A DNA stretch of 64,000 bases, from the IMG/VR virus record IMGVR_UViG_3300043570_002257, positions 1-64,000 of that record. The stretch is one strand, 5' to 3'. This DNA is from a virus. The translations under genes and the position numbers were made by a program. The notes under the pieces were generated by a model. That model saw only the letters and a program-made list of their open reading frames with translations. It was not told the origin of the DNA and searched no databases. Position 1 is the stretch's first letter. Every line of letters begins with the position of its first letter. This document shows, piece by piece, positions 58,070 through 64,000 of the stretch.

Positions 58070-58723
58070 TTATGATAAGCTTTTCAGCATCTCAATCATT
58101 TTAGGGTGTGGATAAATGTCTACTTTATCCTTTCTCACAGAATTGTGAGTATAAACTCCTGGTTCACCAGCCAAAGCTCTTTTACTAATGTCCCAAATGT
58201 CTTCATTATAAGATAAGGGAATTTTGTAAGTTTCTTTCCATAAAAGTAATAATTCTTTTACACTGGCAATCTGAGCATCTGTGTAGTTGTGGTAGTATTT
58301 GAATCCTTTGTAAGGTTTTTCAAGTGTACAAACTTCACTAGCAGGTACTTCTCTATTGACATAGTTAAAGTATTTACCATCTTTTAAAGTCAACTGACCC
58401 CAGTTACAGATTTCAATACCAATTGATATCTTATCTATGCTCTGATACTTAACGCCAGCTTTTGTAAATGTGTCTTGTTTTAATCCTAGGTGATAAGCCC
58501 AGTATTTAGACCTAAAACCTTGAACAATTTCACCATCCCTAGCTCCTATTCCTTTACCAGAAATAGAAACACATGTTCCAATCTTTTCTGAATTAGCTGC
58601 CCATCCTGCAAACACTTGTTCAGCATTTGCGTTACCTGCAGTGTGATGCAAATAGATTTGTTTTTTTGGGTGTTCTTCTTGAAAGTATTGACTTGTTGGA
58701 AATGCAACTTGTTTTATATTCAT
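58070..58723 (-). CDS. N-acetylmuramoyl-L-alanine amidase (endolysin)
   Basis: IYLHHTAG, WAYHLG, SIGIEICN, YTDAQI, THNSVRKDKVD. Confidence 0.88.
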   Translation of the reverse strand: MNIKQVAFPTSQYFQEEHPKKQIYLHHTAGNANAEQVFAGWAANSEKIGTCVSISGKGIGARDGEIVQGFRSKYWAYHLGLKQDTFTKAGVKYQSIDKISIGIEICNWGQLTLKDGKYFNYVNREVPASEVCTLEKPYKGFKYYHNYTDAQIASVKELLLLWKETYKIPLSYNEDIWDISKRALAGEPGVYTHNSVRKDKVDIYPHPKMIEMLKSLS

Positions 58724-58749
58724 GACATTTAAATTTTAGCAAGACTAGA

Positions 58750-59028
58750 CTAGTCTAAGTCATATTCTCTATTTATATTTATTAATTGTTCTGCATACTT
58801 ATCTCTCTGTACAATCAGATACTCACATCTTTCTATTAATCTTACTCTTTCTTCCTCTGTAAGTTTAAGAATAAGAGCTTCTTTTTGGTCTATCATTTTT
58901 TTATACTCTTCTAAATTCTGAGTATAAGTACTGTTTTGATACCACAAAATTGCAACCAAAAGAATAATTGTAAAAGATTGTTCTTTTAATTTACCAAAAA
59001 ATGTATCAGACATAGATTTGTTTTCCAT
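58750..59028 (-). CDS. Single-TM coiled-coil lysis-cassette protein
   Basis: FTIILLVAILWY followed by a coiled coil. Confidence 0.55.
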   Translation of the reverse strand: MENKSMSDTFFGKLKEQSFTIILLVAILWYQNSTYTQNLEEYKKMIDQKEALILKLTEEERVRLIERCEYLIVQRDKYAEQLININREYDLD

Positions 59029-59285
59029 TAGATTTGATCCTCAGATGATTTGTCTTTATTAAATGTAAACTTATCTAAACTTGTAAGACCTAAACAGCCA
59101 AACGCTAACAAAGCTACACTCTCTACTAATATAGATGAAGGTGCAACATCAACAGAAGAAAAGCTATTATGATACATTGTAACACAAAGTGTAATAGAAC
59201 ACATAATTCCTACAACACGCTTAGAACTAACTGAACCTCTTTCGTCAGTTAGCATACACTTAAGATAACCTAGTAATTTTTTCAT
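59028..59285 (-). CDS. Putative holin (2 TM)
   Basis: SSKRVVGIMC..TM..LAFGCLGLTSLDKF; next to the endolysin. Confidence 0.6.
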   Translation of the reverse strand: MKKLLGYLKCMLTDERGSVSSKRVVGIMCSITLCVTMYHNSFSSVDVAPSSILVESVALLAFGCLGLTSLDKFTFNKDKSSEDQI

Positions 59286-59881
59286 TTTAGTTTGATTTTC
59301 CAGTATGAAGAAATGCCAATATAAGGTTGCAGATTTTGTGATATGCCAGTTTGCACACCAAAAATCTGATCCTTTTTGTTTTTGTATAATAAACCTACTT
59401 GAAGATTAGCTAACTCAAGACTTTTGTTTATAGAAATTCCACCTCCTATATACAACTGCCTGCGTTGTTCTTGTTTTACATAACCTGTAACTGTAGGTAT
59501 TTTGTAATTACGCAAATATGATCTTGACTTTAATAGATTGTATTGCACTGTATCAGTTACAATAACATAACCAAGATTGTCCAATTGTAATGAATCACGA
59601 TAGATATTTCTAGCTCCATAATTATTTGCAAGTTTTAAGTATTGTGATTTAAGTTTGTTATAACTACTATCTGGTACAAAAACTGTATCTCCTGGTAAAG
59701 AAATTGTATCTTTTATAAATAAAGGAACTTTCTTAACCTCTTTTTTGATAACCTTATTCCAAACAGTATCATATACAACATTATCTTTACCTGGAACAAA
59801 TACTTTTTTTGTACATGATCTTTGTAAAAAAATGATTGCTACTAATACAGCAATTACAATTAAATATATACGTTGGTTCAT
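59282..59881 (-). CDS. Membrane-anchored protein with C-terminal beta strands, possible unimolecular spanin
   Basis: N-terminal TM ending QRSC; C-terminal LYIGGGI..YIGISSYWKI beta-signal-like. Confidence 0.5.
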   Translation of the reverse strand: MNQRIYLIVIAVLVAIIFLQRSCTKKVFVPGKDNVVYDTVWNKVIKKEVKKVPLFIKDTISLPGDTVFVPDSSYNKLKSQYLKLANNYGARNIYRDSLQLDNLGYVIVTDTVQYNLLKSRSYLRNYKIPTVTGYVKQEQRRQLYIGGGISINKSLELANLQVGLLYKNKKDQIFGVQTGISQNLQPYIGISSYWKIKLK

Positions 59882-59897
59882 TTGGTTTGTTTTTAAA

Positions 59898-60224
59898 TTA
59901 GCGTTTCTTTTTAAGAGTTAAATCATATCTCTCATCCTTGACAATTGCAGGACTTTTTTCTTGATTATTTGAAGGCATTGTTGGTTCTGATGAACGTTGT
60001 GGAACAAGCACATATGTCTTTAACAACTTGACGTCATCTTCAAGCTGCTCAATTTTAACTCTATCAGCACTTTGTTGCACAAGAAGCAACTTGACATCTG
60101 ATCTCATTTCTGTTATGTCTCTCCATAACAACATACCCACAAGACCAATTAGAACAGGACTAGCCCATTCTTTAAGAATGCTAATAACCTCTGCTCTAGG
60201 GTATTCTGTTTTATTTGTACTCAT
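59898..60224 (-). CDS. Single-TM coiled-coil protein (lysis cassette)
   Basis: PVLIGLVGMLLW followed by a coiled coil. Confidence 0.55.
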   Translation of the reverse strand: MSTNKTEYPRAEVISILKEWASPVLIGLVGMLLWRDITEMRSDVKLLLVQQSADRVKIEQLEDDVKLLKTYVLVPQRSSEPTMPSNNQEKSPAIVKDERYDLTLKKKR

Positions 60225-60565
60225 TTTTTGTAAGAATATAATTTTCTATAAGATAATTTATACCCCTACCTCTCTCTTATATAATATACAGAATAATTTA
60301 CAAATCACAAAAGAATCTCAAATTAATATGTCAATTTTCAAATATTTTTACCATCTTTGTAGCTTATGAAAAATCAAAATAACATTAAAACTTAACACTC
60401 TTATTTTTGGTAAAGAAGGGTGATTTTTGTATCTTATCTAAGTGAAGTCAAAATATGATTTCATTAGACACAACCTGGGAAGTAATAACTTTGCCAGGTT
60501 TTTTTGCCAATATCAATTGGTATTCAGTAAACTAACATAATAATTAACAATAAATACAAACATCT

Positions 60566-61540
60566 ATGGGTATCTTTGACAAAAGAGTGGCTTTTAAGCC
60601 TTATGAGTATCCTGAAATTATCAAATTCAGGGATGCCATAAAACACAGTCGTTGGGATGTGGAAGAGTTCAATTTTGACTCTGATGCATTTGACTTTAAA
60701 CACAAACTAAGTCCTCATGAAAAGGAGGCAATCAAAAGAACACTTTTGGCAATTTCACAGATAGAAGTATCTGTTAAAACATTCTGGGCAAAACTTGGTG
60801 AGCATATTCCAAAACCAGAATTTAACTCAGTAGGAATCACGTTTGCAGAAAATGAAGTTGTACACTCTGAAGCATATAGCAAGTTGCTAGAAGTTTTAGG
60901 ATTAAACAATGAATTTGATATGCTATTGCAAAATCCAGTTATTGGAGGACGCGTTGATTACTTGACAAAATATCTCAAGAACAGTGGAGAAAATGCTAAG
61001 CAGGTATATACTTTAAACCTTGCTTTATTCTCTATGTTTATTGAGAACGTATCACTGTTTAGTCAGTTTGCAATTGTAAAATCTTTTATTGAAAAAAAGA
61101 ACATGTTGAAAGAAGTAGACACTGTTATTGAAGCTACAATGAAAGAAGAAATTATACACGCACAACTTGGCATGCATGTTATCAATCTTATTAAAAAAGA
61201 ATATCCAGAATGGTTTGGAGAAGATTTTTATGACAAAATCTACAGGGCTTGTAAAAAAGCATTTGAAGCAGAAGTAAAAATCATTGACTGGATATTTGAA
61301 GAAGGTGAGATTGACAGCATTTCTAAAGAAGCTGTTATTGAATTTATTAAATCAAGATTTAATGATTCATTAATTGCTATTGGTGGTAAAGAACTTTTTG
61401 AAGTTAATCAAGAAAAACTTGCAGAACTTTATTGGATGGTTGAGGCTATCTATGGTTATGTAAGAAATGACTTTTTTAATACACAAGGAACTAACTACAC
61501 TAAATTTCAAAAATCTATAACAAGTAAAGACTTATTTTAA
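60566..61540 (+). CDS. nrdB: Ribonucleotide reductase beta subunit, class Id-like
   Basis: QIE67VSVK71, E97VVH100SEAY104, IENVSLFSQF, EEIIH, C-terminal YTK..KSITSKDLF. Confidence 0.92.
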   Translation: MGIFDKRVAFKPYEYPEIIKFRDAIKHSRWDVEEFNFDSDAFDFKHKLSPHEKEAIKRTLLAISQIEVSVKTFWAKLGEHIPKPEFNSVGITFAENEVVHSEAYSKLLEVLGLNNEFDMLLQNPVIGGRVDYLTKYLKNSGENAKQVYTLNLALFSMFIENVSLFSQFAIVKSFIEKKNMLKEVDTVIEATMKEEIIHAQLGMHVINLIKKEYPEWFGEDFYDKIYRACKKAFEAEVKIIDWIFEEGEIDSISKEAVIEFIKSRFNDSLIAIGGKELFEVNQEKLAELYWMVEAIYGYVRNDFFNTQGTNYTKFQKSITSKDLF

Positions 61541-61541
61541 A

Positions 61542-63194
61542 ATGACAAAAATGGACTGGTACACACCCCTCAGTGAAGAATTCATGGGAAGAGGGTATTT
61601 TCACAACAATGAATCTATTGAAGATAGAATTAACTCTATTGCTAACTTAGTTGGTAATACATTTAAAGACGAAGAAGTAAAAGACAAAGTAAAAGATTAC
61701 ATTGAAAAAGGTTACTACGTTCTTCCATCACCTGTATGGAGCAATGTAGGTACTGGTCGTGGTTCTGGTATCTCTTGTTTTAACACACATGTTAGTGACA
61801 GTATTGAGTCTATTGTAAGGGCTAATGCTGAAGTTGGTATGCTGTGTAAAATAGGAGGAGGAACATCTGGTTACTTTGGTGAATTACGTCCAGCAGGTAG
61901 TGCTGTCTCAACAGGTGGTGAAACCTATGGAGCTGTGCACTTTATGCAAATGTTTGACACAACAAAGAATGTAATTTCTCAAGGCAATGTTAGACGTGGT
62001 GAATTTGCTGCGTACTTAGACATTGACCATGGTGATATTAAAGATTTCTTGAGAGTAAATGGTGAGGGCCACAACCTTCAACGTTTTCCTTTTGGTGTTT
62101 GTGTTTCTGACAAATGGCTTGAAGAGATGAAAGCTGGCGATATGGAAAAGCGTGAACTTTGGGCCATGGTGATTGACAGCAGAAACAGAACAGGTTTTCC
62201 TTACATCTTTTACACTGATAATGTAAACAATGGAACTGTTGATGTTTATAAAGATAGCAAGTCTGTTATAAATTCTTCTAACATGTGTACAGAGATATTA
62301 CTTCCTTCTACAGAGGAAGAATCCTTTGTATGTGACTTAGTAGGTATGAACCTTGTAAAGTTTGATGAGTGGAAGGATACAGACGCTGTACGCATTGCTG
62401 TTTATATTGCAGATGCTGTTCTTACAGAGTTTATAAACAAGTACAGAGACATGCCTTTTATTAGTAGAGCTATACGCTTTGCAGAAAGACATAGAGCTAT
62501 TGGCATTGGTGCATCTGGTTATCATTCTTACTTACAAAGTAAGATGATTCCTTTTGAGTCTATGCAATCTAAACTTGTAAATACACTCATGTTTAAAACA
62601 ATTCAAGAGCAAGCATGGGCAGCAAGCCGTGACATGGCGTCACGCTATGGTAAACCTGCAGTTCTTGCTTCTGACAAATATGATAGACGTCATACTACTC
62701 TTACTGCAATAGCTCCAAACACATCTTCTTCTTTTATTATGGGACAGCAGTCTCAAAGTATAGAACCTTACACTAGTAACTACTATATTAAAAAGACTGC
62801 AAAGGTTAAGCATTCTGTAAAGAACCCTTATCTTAAAACTCTTTTAGAAGAAAAAAACCAGGATACTTTTGAAGTTTGGCAATCAATACTTCAGAATGCA
62901 GGTAGTGTTCAACACTTATCTTTCTTGTCAGAAGATGAGAAACTTGTTTTCAGAACCTTTATGGAAATTTCCCAGATGGAGATTATTATTCAAGCGTCTA
63001 CACGTCAGAAGTATGTTGACCAAGGACAGTCTTTGAATCTTATGGTTCATCCTCAAACGCCAACAAAAGATATTAATACTTTGTTATTGAAAGCCCATGA
63101 ACTTGGCATCAAAACATTGTACTATCAATTGGGGCAAAACGCTGCTCAAGAATTTGCTAGAGATATTCTTTCTTGTGAATCTTGTGCAGGATAA
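61542..63194 (+). CDS. nrdA: Ribonucleotide reductase alpha subunit (no ATP cone)
   Basis: ISCF, GGGTS, SNMCTEI, RAIGIG, AIAPNTSSS, DQGQS, KTLYY, C-terminal CESCAG. Confidence 0.95.
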   Translation: MTKMDWYTPLSEEFMGRGYFHNNESIEDRINSIANLVGNTFKDEEVKDKVKDYIEKGYYVLPSPVWSNVGTGRGSGISCFNTHVSDSIESIVRANAEVGMLCKIGGGTSGYFGELRPAGSAVSTGGETYGAVHFMQMFDTTKNVISQGNVRRGEFAAYLDIDHGDIKDFLRVNGEGHNLQRFPFGVCVSDKWLEEMKAGDMEKRELWAMVIDSRNRTGFPYIFYTDNVNNGTVDVYKDSKSVINSSNMCTEILLPSTEEESFVCDLVGMNLVKFDEWKDTDAVRIAVYIADAVLTEFINKYRDMPFISRAIRFAERHRAIGIGASGYHSYLQSKMIPFESMQSKLVNTLMFKTIQEQAWAASRDMASRYGKPAVLASDKYDRRHTTLTAIAPNTSSSFIMGQQSQSIEPYTSNYYIKKTAKVKHSVKNPYLKTLLEEKNQDTFEVWQSILQNAGSVQHLSFLSEDEKLVFRTFMEISQMEIIIQASTRQKYVDQGQSLNLMVHPQTPTKDINTLLLKAHELGIKTLYYQLGQNAAQEFARDILSCESCAG

Positions 63195-63221
63195 TTAACT
63201 TTGTAACGTAAAACCAACAAC

Positions 63222-63845
63222 ATGAAAGATCTATATGATTACTTAGTGAAGAACAAGGTAAGTCCTAATGGATTGTTTGTATTACATTGCACCTTTAACA
63301 ATTACATGTATCCATCCTATGTAAATTTCAAGACGGAACAATACCGTCTTGAAACTACAGGACATCTTGTAAAAGAAAGTACAGGTGTAAATGATATTTA
63401 CAAAATAACCCTAACAGGAGAACACCTTTTAAAAGAGTGTGAACACATTCTAAACAAAGCAAAACGTGCTAAGAAAAATCCAATTGCTCTTGCTGAATGG
63501 GATGATAAGATTGCAGAATACAATCTATTATTTCCAGCAGGTAAGAAGTCTGGTACAAGTTTAGCATTCCGTACAAATCCTAAAGAACTTGTTGCTGCAT
63601 TTGTGTGGTTTTTTAAAGAATATCCTGAGTATACTTGGGAAGATGTCTTTACTGCAACTACCAGATATGTGGAACCATTTGAAGAATCTTCAGATTACAC
63701 ATACATGCAAACATCAAGATACTTTATTAAAAAAGATGACAAGAGTAAAAATACAATTTCAACACTTGCAGGAATATGTTATAACATATCTCAAGGAAAT
63801 GATGAAGATGTAAAAGAATCTGGTTATCATTATTTTGGCCCTTAA
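63222..63845 (+). CDS. Hypothetical protein
   Basis: 207-aa ORF. Confidence 0.7.
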   Translation: MKDLYDYLVKNKVSPNGLFVLHCTFNNYMYPSYVNFKTEQYRLETTGHLVKESTGVNDIYKITLTGEHLLKECEHILNKAKRAKKNPIALAEWDDKIAEYNLLFPAGKKSGTSLAFRTNPKELVAAFVWFFKEYPEYTWEDVFTATTRYVEPFEESSDYTYMQTSRYFIKKDDKSKNTISTLAGICYNISQGNDEDVKESGYHYFGP

Positions 63846-63855
63846 ACTTAACACA

Positions 63856-64000
63856 TTGGTAAAAGCAATTAAAATCAACGCAAAGAGTAGATGCATTGAG
63901 ATTGTGGATTTAGGTCCACAACTCAGTGACATTTATGAGTTACTTGAATGTAACATTATGACTGTTGCATATCCGCAGACAGTAGAACCTACATCAGATG
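63856..64000 (+). CDS. Partial hypothetical protein (runs off the right edge)
   Basis: TTG start; VKAIKINAKSRCIEIVDLGPQLSDIYELLEC... open to the window end. Confidence 0.45.
   Translation, partial: MVKAIKINAKSRCIEIVDLGPQLSDIYELLECNIMTVAYPQTVEPTSD

Noticed and set aside
1-64000. Stop-codon reassignment (TAG/TGA recoding) as in some crAss-like phages
   Set aside because: Structural and replication genes are full-length in the standard code, coding density is high and no suppressor tRNA was seen.

Overview
AT-rich 64-kb segment of a large lytic dsDNA phage, most likely crAss-like (Crassvirales-related) and infecting a Bacteroidota host. The host call rests on TAnnTTTG promoter boxes, SD-less A-rich leaders and a Flavobacterium-type RNR. 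The standard genetic code gives long ORFs throughout. From about 1 to 23.3 kb (minus strand) is the virion module: terminase, 909-aa portal, scaffold-like protein, 549-aa major capsid protein, ring/auxiliary proteins, two IHF/HU-like proteins, GroES, a ferritin-like protein, tRNA-Met and a block of very Cys-rich proteins, one with five spondin-type thrombospondin-1 repeats. From about 25 to 28.4 kb is a low-density probable early region with repeated motif-ORF-terminator cassettes, a paralog pair and a cluster of structured ncRNAs that includes two anticodon-less tRNA mimics. From about 28.4 to 64 kb (mostly plus strand) are accessory genes (GH73 glucosaminidase, MoxR AAA+/vWA pair, small-gene array, His-rich 4-gene module) and replication/nucleotide genes (dUTPase, SF2 helicase, UDG, DnaB, primase, PolB, dNMP kinase, class Id-type RNR), with an inverted lysis cassette. 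All family assignments come from motifs read by eye and recalled knowledge. No database search or folding program was run.
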